Below, piece by piece: positions 12,166 to 25,720 of a stretch of DNA of 64,000 bases. The notes beneath the pieces were generated by a model. That model was not told the DNA's origin and ran no database searches. It saw nothing but the letters and a program-made list of their open reading frames with translations. How positions within the stretch are numbered: the stretch's first letter is position 1; the number at the start of each line of letters is the position of its first letter. The position numbers were made by a program, and so were the translations under genes. The DNA is from Hemiscyllium ocellatum (Eukaryota). The stretch lies in contig NC_083409.1 of the NCBI RefSeq assembly GCF_020745735.1, positions 19,178,341 to 19,242,340 on the forward strand, in the 5' to 3' direction.

Positions 12166-13299
12166 CCCACACAAACCAGCAGCCACTTCAGCTGCTTTAT
12201 TGAAAATCACAAGCTTTCAAGGGGCTGTTCTTTCAACAGTGGAACTAGACTTAATACATCAGTTGAGGCCAAACCAACTTGTCATATAGCTGAGCACATC
12301 TTCCTGGCTTTTAGAGACACACAATTATGCGAATTAGGGACAGATGAAGGAGATTCATCCTCTTGATCCTGTTCCACATGGCGGATCTGATTATTCCACA
12401 TTCTTGCCTAACTCGGATAGATTACTGATAAGCAAGGGATGAAAGGCTGTCTAATTCTTCATTACAAGTATTCAGAGATTTCTGTAGACCTTTTGAACAA
12501 GAGTTTCAAAGACCTATGACTGTACGCAAGACAAAGAATTCTGCTTTTCTCACTCTTAAATGAGGGAATTTATTTTAGTTTTGTATTACCCCCGAAAACG
12601 TAACATTTTTTTCACATCCAGACTGTATTCTATGCTAATGTTGATATGGCATCTGCTTTATCAGCTGCTCTCACATGAAAACTGCTTCCTGTGCTGACAC
12701 CTTCAGTGACTAATGCACATAAGCATCCAGGCCCTACTGCCCCTACAGCTACCCATATTTGTATCCTTTAGTTTGATTTGTCTCACCACATTTTCCTTCC
12801 AAAATAAATCACTGACATCTCTTTCCATTAAATTGTATCTGCAATCATCTGCTCATTCCATTATCTTACCTACATCCTTTTTGAAGTTCGACACTATCTT
12901 CTTCATAAGCCGCAATACTTCAAAGTTTTATATCATCAGAAAACTTTGAAATTATGCCTTGTACACTCAGGTTAACATAGATTTATTGTTAACATTTATT
13001 TTAAATAAATTATCATCTGTTTTGACCAAATTCCCCAGTCAGTTCGGCCGTGGCTAACCAGGAACACATTCCCCCTTAGTTCTGTAAACCTTACTGTCCT
13101 GAGCAAACGAACATCGAACCCCGGCCTTGACAGCTTTTCCAATTGCGAGTACCAGATTTTCACACTTTTTCAGAAGGGGTTCTTCCTGAAATCATCCTAA
13201 TTTTAATTTTAACAACCCTCTTGTTCTGAACTCTGGCACTGGAGAAAACAGTTTACATCAACATTGTTAATCATTTCCAGAGGAAAAGCCTCACTTAGT

Positions 13300-13561
13300 G
13301 GGCGGCACGGTGGCACAGTGGTTGTTCAATTCCCGCCTCAGGCGACTGACTGTGTGGAGTTTGCACGTTCTCCCCGTGTCTGCGTGGGTTTCCTCCGGGT
13401 ACTCCGGTTTCCTCCCACAATCCAAAGATGTGCAGGTCTGGTGAATTGGCCATGGTAAGGGGCAAATGTAAGGGTAGGGGTATGGGTGGGTTTCACTTCG
13501 GCGGGTCGGTGTGGACTTGTTGGGCCGAAGCCTGTTTCCACACTGTAAGTAATCTAATCTA
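13300..13561 (+). mobile_element. HE1-like V-SINE
   Basis: gggcggcacggtggcacagtgg A-box head (internal deletion before gttcaattccc), intact V-domain, tail ending taatctaatct. Confidence 0.9.
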
Positions 13562-13609
13562 AAAAAAATTATGCGACCTGTTTGTTCTCATTAACAGTTT
13601 CAGGTCTTA

Positions 13610-13925
13610 AGGAAACATGACAGGCTGGATACTGAGAGGATGGTTCCTGTTGTAGGGCAGACAAGAACTAGAGGGTCAATTTAACACAAAGCAGTCTCCC
13701 TTTTAAAACCAGGAAGTTTTGTTTTGACGGCTGAGAGTTGACAGTCTGTGGAATTCTCTTCTCTACATGGGAATGGAGCTTGGGTTTACTCAAGGTTGAG
13801 GTAGACAGATTTTTGATGAACATGGCAGTTAAGTGTAATGGGAAAATTGGGGGAAGCAGAAAGTGCAGCTGAGACCACACCCAGATGAGCAATGATCTTC
13901 TTTCATTGGCACAGCAGCTCCCAAA
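13610..13925 (+). mobile_element. CR1-group LINE 3' end
   Basis: gagaggatggttcctgttgtagggcagacaagaactagagg...gtctgtggaattctct...gagaccacacccagat...gcctgctcctgctcct, a typical shark CR1 tail. Confidence 0.7.
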
Positions 13926-14299
13926 AGGCCTGCTCCTGCTCCTGGGCGCTATGTTCTGGCAGTGGCTGCAGCAATCCTGGACCCCCATCTTTCCTTTGTC
14001 ACTCACTGACAGAAATATAATTTCAAAACAAACATTATTTTCTTTAACAAACTCAACTCAACTCTCGTTACATTATTTTTCTCAGCTGTCTTCTTATCGC
14101 CACAGGGTTTGGGAAACATACGTTTTGTCTTCAGTTGGAAGGGAGGCAGACAGAGACAGAGCGAGGCCTCAGAGAACACAGAGAGCTCTCACTCTGCACA
14201 GCAAAGCTTTTTTGGGTGGGGGTGAAGAGGAGAGAATCACGGGGAAAAGAGAACTTAGAGTTCAAAATAAAAGCTCTTCGCATATTGCTATCACTTAAT

Positions 14300-14570
14300 G
14301 AATTAATGTGAGAGGATTAGAGACCCAGAATAATGAGAGTGTGGTGCCTCAGAGGCTAAAAGGCAGACATTATTCCTTCTCAGGGCATGAATGCCAGTGA
14401 TAAGCCTCAAATGTATTGCCCATCTCCAGCTGCTCAGACTGCGTTCTTTGCTGAACCAGATCATGGAGCCGTTAAGAATTAATTGAGTCAGTGTGAGACT
14501 GGAGTCACAAGTCCGGGTGATGATTGGGTTCCCTTGCCCAAAGAACATTCATGAACATGACATTAAGTTT
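14300..14570 (-). mobile_element. Deu-domain SINE (SacSINE-like), decayed
   Basis: Reverse complement contains ...gtgactccag...cttaac...gatgggcaata..., the same family as 55941-56254. Confidence 0.6.
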
Positions 14571-14602
14571 CATGGGTTTTTTTGTTCAGATCCCAATGAT
14601 GA

Positions 14603-15277
14603 TGTAGACCCCCTTGCAGGACCCCTCGGTCTCATGATCGGTCAAAAGAATCACTAGGAGTACGGTCTGGTTAAAGCAAGGTTATCAGTTTAATAAATTA
14701 AGGCAGCCTGGCGCAGATTTGTCCAGCAACACGGAGGTTGAAAGCTTCTGTGTTCCATGGACAAATGGTGCAATTATATTCAAAATTACACATTATTTAT
14801 ATGTTTTTAAAGCGATAGGACAGCCTTAATTACAAGAAAAGACCAAGCACATATAATAAGTTGACATGATTTACAGCAGGTTAATCCAATGATATTTCCT
14901 AGGAAAGGGTTCTTAATTACAAGAAAAGTTCGATCAACCATAATAAAGTGATATGATTGCCAACAGGCCAGTCCAATGATATTCCCTGGGAAACAGATTG
15001 TTATATGCACAGAATCACCCCAGGTTTGCTAGTTCAGGATTAGTTCAAATACCAAATCACTGTCTTATAATTCCTATTCTGAAAAATCCATTGTATTCTC
15101 TTAACTTGTATTTAGCTTAACCCAGCAAAGCAGCAGCACAAGTTCACAAGAGTCAAATCATTACTTTCAGCCATGTTGTTGTGTTATTATAAATTGAAAA
15201 TCCATTTTGTTGTTAGTATAAATCTACATATACTTGTTGCTTCTGACAACAACCTAAATTCAAATTTTAGATCCTCA
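14603..15277 (-). mobile_element. 3' LTR of a second ERV
   Basis: On the - strand it starts TGAGGATC directly after the polypurine tract aaaggggggaa (15278-15288) and ends GGGGGTCTACA. Internal ~105-bp tandem duplication at ~14825-15000. Confidence 0.7.
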
Positions 15278-15294
15278 TTCCCCCCTTTGTCACT

Positions 15295-17230
15295 CTATGA
15301 CCACACCATAAAGGCATGGATCAAATTAACCCAATCCAATGGCAGCGAAAGACTGCAGTATTTTCTCTTCCTCCGAAGATGAATCAGGGGCAGGCGATGA
15401 TGCTTCTCATCATCATCTAAGTGGAGAAGAAACATTCTCTGGGTGGAGCCAATGTTGTCAATAAAAATTAATATTTTAGCAATAATACTCTTAACAATAG
15501 CAATACCAACAAAAAGACCAACTAAACCAATAGCAGCATACATAGCCATATTGATTAGCCAGTTGTACCATGAGCCAAAACCCCAATCTCCCAATCCTGC
15601 ACCTTCATTCATTTGGTTGACAAAAGTGTGGATACTATCTATATGCCTAGTAATGTATTCGATGAAATTAGTGACCCCCATGATACACTTTCTTTTGACT
15701 ATGGTGCAAACTCCACCTTCCTCCACAAGTATGTAATCAAAAGCATAGCAATTTTGTTGGGTACAGAGGCACAATTCTGAAATCATGTCCCTAATTTCTA
15801 TCAGGGCAGCAGTTGTCTCATTTCATGAAATCATGAGTCCACAAATGAGATAATTATGGTTTTGATGACTAATAACTCCTGAAGACCCTCCTACAGAAAG
15901 AACACTAAGAGCTGCATATGCCAATGAGTGAGTTTTATTTTTTGATAGAACCCTTGCATTCTTCCATTCTGCACAAAAGTCAGGAGAAACTGAATGTTTA
16001 ATCAGGGAATTTGAGTCTTGTTGCCAGGTAATTGGACAGGGAACAGTAGTTGGAAATAGTGTTCCTACAGCTACATCATGATGTGTACCTGCTCTATTCT
16101 GGACAAGGTAGGTATACGCCTTATTGTAACTGAAAAAAATACTATCCAGGTTTAGTATAGATAATGAAGGGACCTTCCCAATAAGAAGTAGGCCTATCTT
16201 TTTAACTTCCTGGAGTACCTGTGTAATTCATGATTACATAATTTGGCCCCAAACGTAAAGGCTGTAAACGATTTAGTCGAATGAGGGGGGTTTCTTGATA
16301 AGGGACGTGGTCGACATCCCAGAAAAGTTCTACCCATCCAATAATTGGGAAAACATTGGTGCCATTAAGGGTATCATAACGAAAGTGGGCGTTGTTACCC
16401 ACCTTACAAAGGGTTTGAATACCAGTGGTAATAGAGACACATTTCTCCTTAAGGCATACACATGAGATGCAAGGTCCTTCAAGGAAGCAGTGATGACTGA
16501 TACATTTAATCATAGTACAGGGGATAATTTTAGGCACTTTTACATAAGTGCATCCTCCTTATCCCTTACCATTGCAGCAATTTGGACAGGATATTGCGGA
16601 TTTATTGGAGGAAGTCCATAATCCTGTAAATGCTTTAGAACTATTCTATACCCCCATGTTAGGGGTGGGAAGGATAAAAGGGGTCAGGGAGTCTCTTGCT
16701 GAAGTAAGGGCATAACAAAGTTCTTCATGCTCTCCAAATATTTTATTATGGGTTTTTAGAAAAATATTGCTAGTGAAGGATAACATCCCCCCTTTGTCTA
16801 TTTTAACATGATCTATCTGAAAGGGGACAAGGCTTACCAGGGATGCCCATTGTACAAATGTAATCAATTAGCACACAACTCCTTTACAGGGTCAAGACCA
16901 ATTAGACTTGTTCTGTAAATTAACTGTTCAATCTTTTTGATGCAGTTGATCACTGCAATGGTCATTCTTGGTAACATTCAGCTTCTCGGCACACAAGGAC
17001 ACCTTCCTGGCGTAGTTGGTACACAGTCTCTGTTTGCTCAGGATCACACAGGTAAACTGTCCCTTCTTATGCACCAATGCTGCCAATGGCAAGTCCACAC
17101 AGCAGGTCAAGTTCAATCTTTATCATCTCCCCCTTGCAAGGTAGGAGGCCGCGGAGTGTCCATTGTAATAAAATATAAACCGTTTCCTCCTTGTATATAC
17201 AATATACACATAATCAAATTAAAATAGGCA
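15295..17230 (-). pseudogene. env: Retroviral env remnant (SU + TM)
   Basis: TM ORF 15295-15786 has the ISD-like ELCLCTQQNCYAFDYILVEEGGVC, CX6C (CTIVKRKC) and a hydrophobic anchor (YAAIGLVGLFVGIAIV). In-frame TGA at 15823-15825. Cys-rich SU-like pieces upstream (e.g. 16202-16537). The 5' limit is uncertain. Confidence 0.8.
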
Positions 17231-19822
17231 GCAAAGAAGGAACACAAACTCATCTCGTAAGAGTCACCCATATTCTGGTTTGAGTATTGAGGGAGTTCCC
17301 TATTTGAGGCTGTAATTTGTGCTCTTCAGCAGGCTAAGAGCAATTTTGAAATAAATAATTCTCAAATTAATCAAGTTCAAATAGCCCACTTGAGTAAATA
17401 TATTGCCCACACTGGCAAAAGGCTCATTCATTTTAAACTCTGCACTCGAGATTCCTTTCCTACCCATTATTTTCTTACTTTATACGGGGGAGCCCAGGCA
17501 TGGGTGAATTAAGCAAACCTATTTTTTATAAATCCAGCTTTGCTAAGATGTAATACTCCTTGAAGTTTTACTACTAAAAACCTCAATATTACCTGAAATT
17601 TGGTTTAGTACTGCAATATGTTGTATTCTCTAAAAAAAATCATACATTAACCTTTAGCCCAATCAAATGGCCTGAGCTACAGCTGTAGTTGACCGTATTT
17701 AGAATTCAGTGTAGAAACCAGATGGTGATTTTGAGCAGAGAAGTTGGTGATGAATATTGCATGGAGGGCAATGCTGCCCCCAAATTATGGTAACATGACA
17801 CAAAGCTTTCAATCCAATCTGAAATTTTCTAATATTGAGCTAACCCTAGAATTTAGACATTGGTACGGTCTTAAAATTATAAACCATCACTGTTCAGGAT
17901 CAAATATTTAAGTGAAGATAATAGCTCAGGCAGACACTCCTTCTTCGGTCTAACAGCCCAATCCAAAGATAAATCAAAATAATCAGTGTGCATTCTTATA
18001 AGCTCCATACACAAAGCAAAGACATTTAGGCTTAGCGTCTACGTATGAAACTAAATCACTTGATAATTCAGTCAGTAGTACCTTGTAATATAAAGTACCT
18101 GTAATTATTGCAGAAATGGACATTTGTAAATTACTTCCAAATTTCTAAACAATATGGAAAGCAATCCAAACATTGGGAGTTCCATCTGCTATATCTCTAC
18201 ACCCCAATCACATGCAGAATTTCTTCAACTAGCCAGGAAGGTAGCTTTCCATTCTTTAATTAACAATGAATTAATGCAGCCATGTTTTAAATTAACCATG
18301 AGGCAATGGGACAGGTCACTGACAATGTGTAAAGGGATAAAAACAAGCGACCCCACCAAATAATTTTGATTTGGGCTAATATAATTGATTATTATAAATA
18401 TTATAACATATTATTATAAAATAATAAATAAAATAACCATTATCTGTAATTCATGGTGGGAACCCAACAAGTGACTCAGACATTTTAAAAACTGTACTCT
18501 GCTGCTTTATTCTTCTTATTGCATCATTCTCTTCCCTTCTGTACTTGATCTCCTTGCCTCTAGTTTCATTTTAACCTTATTTAACCAATTTATGTTTGTC
18601 TAACTTTAAAGACTGTTTCTAACAATGTATTTTGGAATCTTGATTGTCATAATCTGAAAGCTAGTTTTAGGATTTGAATTTTCAGCTAATCAAAAATTGC
18701 AACAGGAGAATAATTAAATAGGTGATTTGTCTCATTCACTTGTCCTGGTCACTGTATCATATGGCTGTGAATTGTGGAGCCCGCTAACACCAATGGGGCA
18801 ATGATGCTACAAAAGAAACAGTGATTGATTTACCACCCTGTTGCTCGATATGTTTGGCTATCCCTATTGTCCAAAGGGTGCAATGCTGGGTGTCAGCAGT
18901 GCCTGCTTAAGTCAGCAGGCGTCCTTTTTCATTTGTTAGGGACACCTAATGATATGGATAGAATTCAGTTTGGATTTTGTTTTTGGCGAGAGCACTGAGT
19001 GGAGTGGTACCAAGCATACTTTACGCATTACTGAGTGGGGATCCAGCTGAAGAAGAGTCCAGAAAAGAAGTTTTCATTTATTTTGTGGACATTGGAGGAT
19101 CAACAGAGCTTAGTTCTCTTTGTCTTGTTTTGAGAGCAGATCTCCTCTGTGTTGATGGTCATTATTTTTTACAATATATATCTGAATAACATGCAACATT
19201 TTATTTTGGAAATTCATTTATTCAGTATTTAATATTGAAAATGCAAAATGTATACGGTTCCCAACTTTGAAATCCACTATTATTATCTGGTTTTAGTCCC
19301 TTAATCTAAATCCAAAATGAGGATTCTTAAGTGGTCCTGACCAGTCATTGCCCATTTACAATGCAAAGGTCATGAAATAACTGGAGCACCCTTAATAGGT
19401 CTAGTATATTCAAATGAAAAAAAACCTCCTAATGCACGAATAATGGCCAAATCCAAAGTCACAGATATTAACCATAGGGTATTAATTTTGTTAGATGATT
19501 TATCACAAGCTAATGTTGAACTGAAACTTCAATTGTTATTGAGGAAGGGGACTCCCTGAATAAGCCTACAACTGTCCTTACCAGTAATCACCATTAAAAC
19601 ACAGCAGTCTTAAAATTAAGTGGAAACAAACGAGTCCAAAACAAAAAAAACTTATAATGTTGTTTTCCTCCATATTAAACTGATTTGAAATTGAATAAGA
19701 TTGGCTTTCATGTAAGGTTAAAAGACATTGGTTAGAAACTGACAGTAGGGCAGTCATGACCTGTTAACATTTTATTTCATAACAACTGAAGGGTCCTTAA
19801 CCTTTAAAGAAATCATGTTAAA

Positions 19823-20515
19823 TTTTTTTTTATTTCAAAAATATACTTTATTCATGAAATAATTTGATGGTCTGTACAGTTGGTCATGCCATACATATGT
19901 AAACATTTACATTCAAAGATCAGAATTTATCATTTTTATACAGGTCTGGTACACTTTTCAATCATATGCCCATATATTTAGCGGAGTCGTCAGCAGAGCC
20001 TAAATGACTGCATGGACCCCCCTGTTCTTCATTAGGCAGGCAGATGTTACACGGTGGTCTTTCCCCACTGCGCCTTGGTGGCAGTTGCCCCAAGCTTCAG
20101 CACGTCCCTCAACACGTAGTCCTGGACCTTGGAATGTGCCAGTCTGCAACACTCAGTCAGGGGCAACTCCTTCAGCTGGAAGATCAACAGGTTTCAGACC
20201 GCCCAGAGAGCGTCCTTCACCAAGTTGATGATCTTCCAGGCACAGTTGATGTTCGTCTCAGTGTGCGTCCCGGGGAACAGTCCATAGAGCACGGAGTCCC
20301 GCGTCACGGCGCTGCTCAGGACGAACCTCAACAAACCCCACTGTATTCCTCTCCAGACTTCCTCTGCATAGGCACATTCCAGAAGGAGGTGTGTGACGGT
20401 CTCTTCCCCCCGCAGCCGCTTAGAGGGCAGCGTGTGGTGCGGCTGAGAGTCCGGGCGTGCATAAAGGATCTCACAGGCAGAGACCTTCTCACCACCAGCC
20501 AAGCTAGCTCCTCCA
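19823..20515 (-). mobile_element. Tx1/L1-clade LINE 3' end with poly(A)
   Basis: EELAWLVVRRSLPVRSFMHARTL...CP...EETVTHLLLECAYAEEVW (frameshifted CCHC knuckle); T-run at 19823-19831. Confidence 0.88.
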
Positions 20516-20899
20516 AACAAACGATTGTGCAGGCATATGCATTGTTGCAACAAATAGTTTATTCATGTCTTTAATGAATGGAAACCTGATGTTCTCACCT
20601 ACTCTGACTTACAGTGGTTCAGATTCCTTTCTACATAGGTCATCCTTGATTCTGTCAGCATTATCTGATTTGCTAGATTTCCACCCCACCCCCCTCCAAA
20701 AAAAAGCCAAATTCTTTGTTTCCGAACAAGAAGGAAACATACAGATCTACGATGGAAAGGTGCTTCATGTTTGATGCTGTTCGGGAACCTGCTTTGTGAT
20801 GAGTTCATGGTTTTTGCATTTGCTAACCTATTTCTACTGTTATTCAGATGGAATTATTCTTCTGGTGGCTGATTCATTTAAAATGAATTCATATAAATG

Positions 20900-21526
20900 G
20901 GGAGGCTGAGCTCAGCAGGTAATAGTGAAGGCAAAGTGCACTTGGTCTTTATTTCAAAGGGAGCAGTGTGTAAAAATAGAGAGGTCTTGCTAAAATTACA
21001 CCTAAAATCAAACCTAAAGTACCATGAAGAGTTTGATCCCCTTATCTGAGGAAAAATATACTGGTATTTGAGATAATCCAGTAAAAGTTCACTGTTAATT
21101 CTGTGGATGGAGGGATTTTCTTATGACAGGTTGAATAAGTTAGTCTCGTATTGATTGGAGTTTAAAAGAATGAGAGGGAACCTCATTGAAACATAAGGAA
21201 TTTTTAAAACTCTTGACAGTGTAGATGCTGAGAGAGAGTTTCACCTTTGTGATAAAGTCTAGGGCCAGAGGGCATAAACTCAGAGTAAGGGGTCGCTCAT
21301 TTGAAACCAGTTAGGAGGAGTTCCTTCTCAGGATAGTGAATCTGTGGAATTCTTTACCACAAGATTGTCAGGGCTGGGAAGCTAAACATATTCAAAGCTA
21401 AAATTAATTTTGTTCAGTCAGAAAATAGAAGGTTATGTGAACAGGCAGGAAAGTGGAGTTGCAGATTATCAGATAACCCATAGGCTTACTGAAAGGTGAA
21501 GTGAACTTGGGCTGAATGGTCTGTTT
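20900..21526 (+). mobile_element. CR1-clade LINE 3' fragment
   Basis: gagggaacctcattgaaacata...gtagatgctgagagagag...gtgaatctgtggaattcttt...ggctgaatggtc; interrupted by the hAT element. Confidence 0.75.
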
Positions 21527-22059
21527 CAGAGGTGGGGAATCTTTTCATGTTGGAAGGCCACATTATGTTAGTTGTAATCTAATAAGGCTCATCCAAGAGA
21601 CTTCCATTGTATAAATGGTGATACAGTTAAACTGTGTGACTATTCTCAAATTTCACTTCAAATGGAAAGCCACGTGCACTGTTGTCATCAGTTGATTAAA
21701 CTGGTGTACTGGATACACACATGCTCTCGCCAACCAGCCTCAGGCAGAAGTGGCTCCAGTCAGGCAGGGAAAATAACGTACATTCTAGAGTCGCATTATA
21801 ACTAAATCATGAGCATAGCAGGTGTCGAAATAGCCCATATAACTTACCAATTTTTTTATTGTGGCGGTCAGTCTGTGAGGATTATTTTGCTGATTTTTTT
21901 TACTCTCTGGTATTTTAAATACATTCATGTTAAGATTAAAATAAAATAATAAAGGATGAAAAAAATTAATAAAAAAATAAGAGATTTGTTCTGCAAAATT
22001 TGGATTCATTCAAAAGGCCCCACACAATGGCCTGGAAGGCCGCAGGTTTCCCACCCCTG
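21527..22059. mobile_element. Non-autonomous hAT (Charlie-like) DNA transposon
   Basis: TIRs cagaggtggggaatct / aggtttcccacccctg (13/16 match) and a perfect 8-bp TSD gtctgttt (21519-21526, 22060-22067). Confidence 0.88.
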
Positions 22060-22169
22060 GTCTGTTTATGTCTTATTACCTTTTGATCATTCATGACACA
22101 AGTATCGCAAGCGTAGCAGCATTTATTACTCTTCATTGGTTGTGTTTCATAATGCGATGAGTTTTGAAT

Positions 22170-24420
22170 TGCAGTCAGAGTGAACTTTGCAGATGTTTGA
22201 CCCAGTGACAGCGAAGGAATGTCTTTATAATTCCAAGTTTCGGTGGTACATGGTTTGGAGGGGAGCTCCAATGTACTTGTTATCTTTGCTTTCATAGGTG
22301 GAGGTCAGGAGTTTGGATAGTGTTGAGACACAAGCCTTGATAGGTTCCTGAACTGCTGGCATTATGCAACAGTGACTGAGGAATATTAAAGGCTGTATAT
22401 TGGGTGCCATTCACCCTGGCTACATTGTCCTTGATTTCAATTTCTTGAAATGTTCTTTTGTAATAATTCCTGTTTTTCTGCAGGCAATACATCTAAAAAA
22501 CAATCACATTTGTTTCAACAAAATGTAGCAGACAATATATTTTGGTCGAGGGAAGGACTGGACTTCTTGGCAATGATCTGAATTTGTATCTGGAATTTTA
22601 ATGGATCTGTCAACATGAAAATAATGAATTTGTTTTTTAAGAATATTGTGTGTTTTACTTTTGTTGTGGAAGTTTTCAGCAACTGGGTTGCACATTATCA
22701 AAATGTGAGCAGAGTTTTCAGAGCAGATTGTGGATGTGGGTTGGACTGAAGCTTTCTCAGTGAGAGGAAAGTATTAATAGAAAAACTATATTTTTCTGTT
22801 TTCAACCAAACAGGGGAAAACCTCAAAGAAGGGCTATGTAATTGGAAGAGGATTGAGTTGTCAGTGTGGCAGAGGGATTTACTGTACTCAATGCCTTCTT
22901 CCCCAAGCTGCATTCATCCAGACATCCTGATGTGTAAACAAAACAGAAATTTCTTAAACTCTAGCAGGTCTGGCAGCATCTGTGGTGAGAAAGCAGAGTT
23001 GATCCCTTCTGAAGCATTCTGACCTGTACTTTTTGCATCAGACTTTGCCGAGTCAGGAGGTAAATTACTTCGCAGAGAGTTCCAAGCCTCTGATGTTATC
23101 CTGTAAACCTTGTTTATTTGGCTAATCCAGTTCCATTTCTGGTAAATGGTGACATCCTCCAGGATACTGTTAGTGGGATTCAATGATGGTAATGTCGTGA
23201 ATGATGAGGGGAGATGACTATGTTTTGGCCATTGTCTGGCACTGTTTGTCACCAATGTTATTTCCAACCTATCAGTCCAAGACTTCTTGAATGTTGTTCA
23301 GGTTTTATTGATAGTGACTCAGAATACAGCTGAGGAATTATGAATGGGATTCAACAGTGTGCAGTCATGAAGCATCCCCATTTCTGACCTTACGGAGAAA
23401 AGGACTCTGAAGATGATTGGATCTTGGACAATGCCCTGGGACAGAGGTGTTTGAACCTGCAACAGGCACAGCTATCTCCTGATTCCATTGGTTTCAATTT
23501 TTCTAACACTCCTTGATACCATACTTCACCAAAAGCTCCCTTAATGTCAGCCCAATTATTGGATGTCATGAGAATTGGAGCTGAATGGTCCTGACAGAAG
23601 CCAAAGTGAGCATCAGAACAGCGTTTTATTGGGGAATGTATTTCTTCATTGCATTGTTAATGATGATCAACCATTTTGCTGAAGATTAAGCAGACACAGA
23701 TGGAGCAACATTTGAATAGTTTGGACATTCCTTCATTTTGAGGGCAGGATTTACCTGGGTAAATTTACACATTGTTAGTAGTTGTCAGTGTTGTTGCTGC
23801 ATTTAAACAGATTGCCAAGAGATATGACTCATTCTGGAGCACAAACCACCAATCGTATAGTTAATATGTTTTCAAGCCATATTGCTATTGCAGTGTCCTC
23901 TTATCCCTTCATAAGAATCAGAGAAGGATGGAGTTAAGTTGGTTATTTTCCCCATTGGTTTTGTTACTACCTGCTGCAGACCAAGTCTACCAAATTTACC
24001 CTTTAGGATTGCACCAACCTGGCCATTAGTGCTGCTATGAATGTATATTTGGTGATGAAAACTGAAGTCATGCACTTAGAGTACATTCTGAGCCCTTGCC
24101 ACCCTCACTACTTCCTCAAAGTGGCGTTCAACATGGAATACTGATTCACCAGTTAGGGGGTGGCGGGAATCAGCAGGAAGTTGTCCATGGTTGACCAGAT
24201 GCCCTCAGACTTTATGGAATCTGAAGTCAATATTGAAGTCTCCCAGAGCAACTCACTCCCCATTATATGATACTGCCACTACCTCTGCTGAGTCTGTCCT
24301 GCTAAGGAGGAGTGTGCAACATTGGCTGTAAATTGGGTGTGACTATGTCAGGCTGAATCTTGAGTGTTCTGTGGGGCCATTAGACACAATCCCGGAATAT
24401 GAGTAAGGAGAACTTTGCAG
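22170..24420 (-). mobile_element. CR1/L2-group LINE, fragmented
   Basis: Same family as 40860-41390, 57060-57700 and 61500-62360 (cagtgacagcgaaggaatg...ccaagt...tggtgtgtg...). Exact clade not resolved. Confidence 0.6.
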
Positions 24421-25169
24421 AGTCGTCTGGGCTGGATATATTGCAGTTATTTCTGGTTCCTTGATTGTTATCACATGGTGTGTTTGGTTTTATTATTTAC
24501 CTTCCCCAGCAGTTTATGGAAGAACTAGGTGGCTTACTTGGCTACTTCAGACTGAAGAGCTAACCATGTTGCTGTGGGCTTGGAGACATATGGAGACCAG
24601 AACGGGTGGGGAAGACAGATGTTTGTACATAAGGGACGGTAGAGTTTTCAAAGTGGTGACCCTGGGAAAGTGTTTGGTATTGCCAGGGGCATATGGGTGT
24701 TTTTAGTATTCATGGGATACCTTTTGGGAAGTTTATTATTTCCTATCTGTTTTCTGGAATGTTTTCACTGTTGCTGAGGTGTCAGCATTTTAAAAATGTC
24801 CCTGAGAATGTGTTGGTATTTGGTATTTACATGGACTCTCATGGAGGGTTTCAGCATTTATTGAAGCTCCCTGGCAGTGTGCTTGGTCTTTTAGAATCTT
24901 CATCCATGTGTTTGAATGTTTATTCAAATAGATGGGAATAACTATTTGTAAAAATGGAACCATAGCAGATGAAAGAAATTTAAAATTCTCTGTGATGTTT
25001 TTCATTTTCCCAAATTGGATTTGTCAACTTTGCATTGAATCAACACTCTTGTGTAAATTAGGGCAAGATTCTTTTAAGCGATGTTTCTTTCTGGAAGTTT
25101 CCAAAGATGTCATCTTTGTTCTGAGACTTAAGTAAGGATTATGGTTTTTGTCCTAGCATCGAATGAAAT

Positions 25170-25450
25170 TTATAATGTGGAGGTGCTGGTATTGGACTGG
25201 GGTAGACAAAGTTAAAAATCACACAACACCAGGTTGTAGTTCAGCAGGTTTACTTGCAAGTACTTTACTAGCTTTCAGAGTGCTTCTCCTTCATCAGGTC
25301 ATTGTCAAGCAGGATTGTAAGACACAGGATGTTATGATCCTTGTCCGCAGCTAGCTGATGAAGGAGCAGCACTCTGAAAGCTAGTACAGTACTTCCAAGG
25401 AAACCTGGTGGACTACAACCTGGTGTCGTATGTTTTTTAACTCTGTAGAA
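25170..25450. repeat. Head-to-head inverted pair of Penelope-type terminal repeats (ctgatgaaggagcagc family)
   Basis: The - strand copy starts at the CTGATGA at 25291-25297 and the + strand copy at the CTGATGA at 25355-25361; both continue ...gaaagctagt...aacctggtgt. Confidence 0.8.
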
Positions 25451-25720
25451 ATTTGGCAATGTTTGGAGAGGAGTATCTTTTGATTGTAATGTACTGATGG
25501 TGTTTCGCCTCTGGTTTTCTTCAGTTTCTTCCTGTCAACTGATGTGAATTTCAGTCTCAGCAGTCTACTAGTTTCCTCATTCAATTGCAGTATTTAGAGT
25601 TCTCAGACATGTGCAGTTTTGGCAGGGTTTCACTTAACAGGCAATCATCCCGATAAGATGGGCCATCTTTTTGAACAGCAGTGGCCCTTGTGATGGTAGT
25701 AGGTGATTTGGGATTAAATA

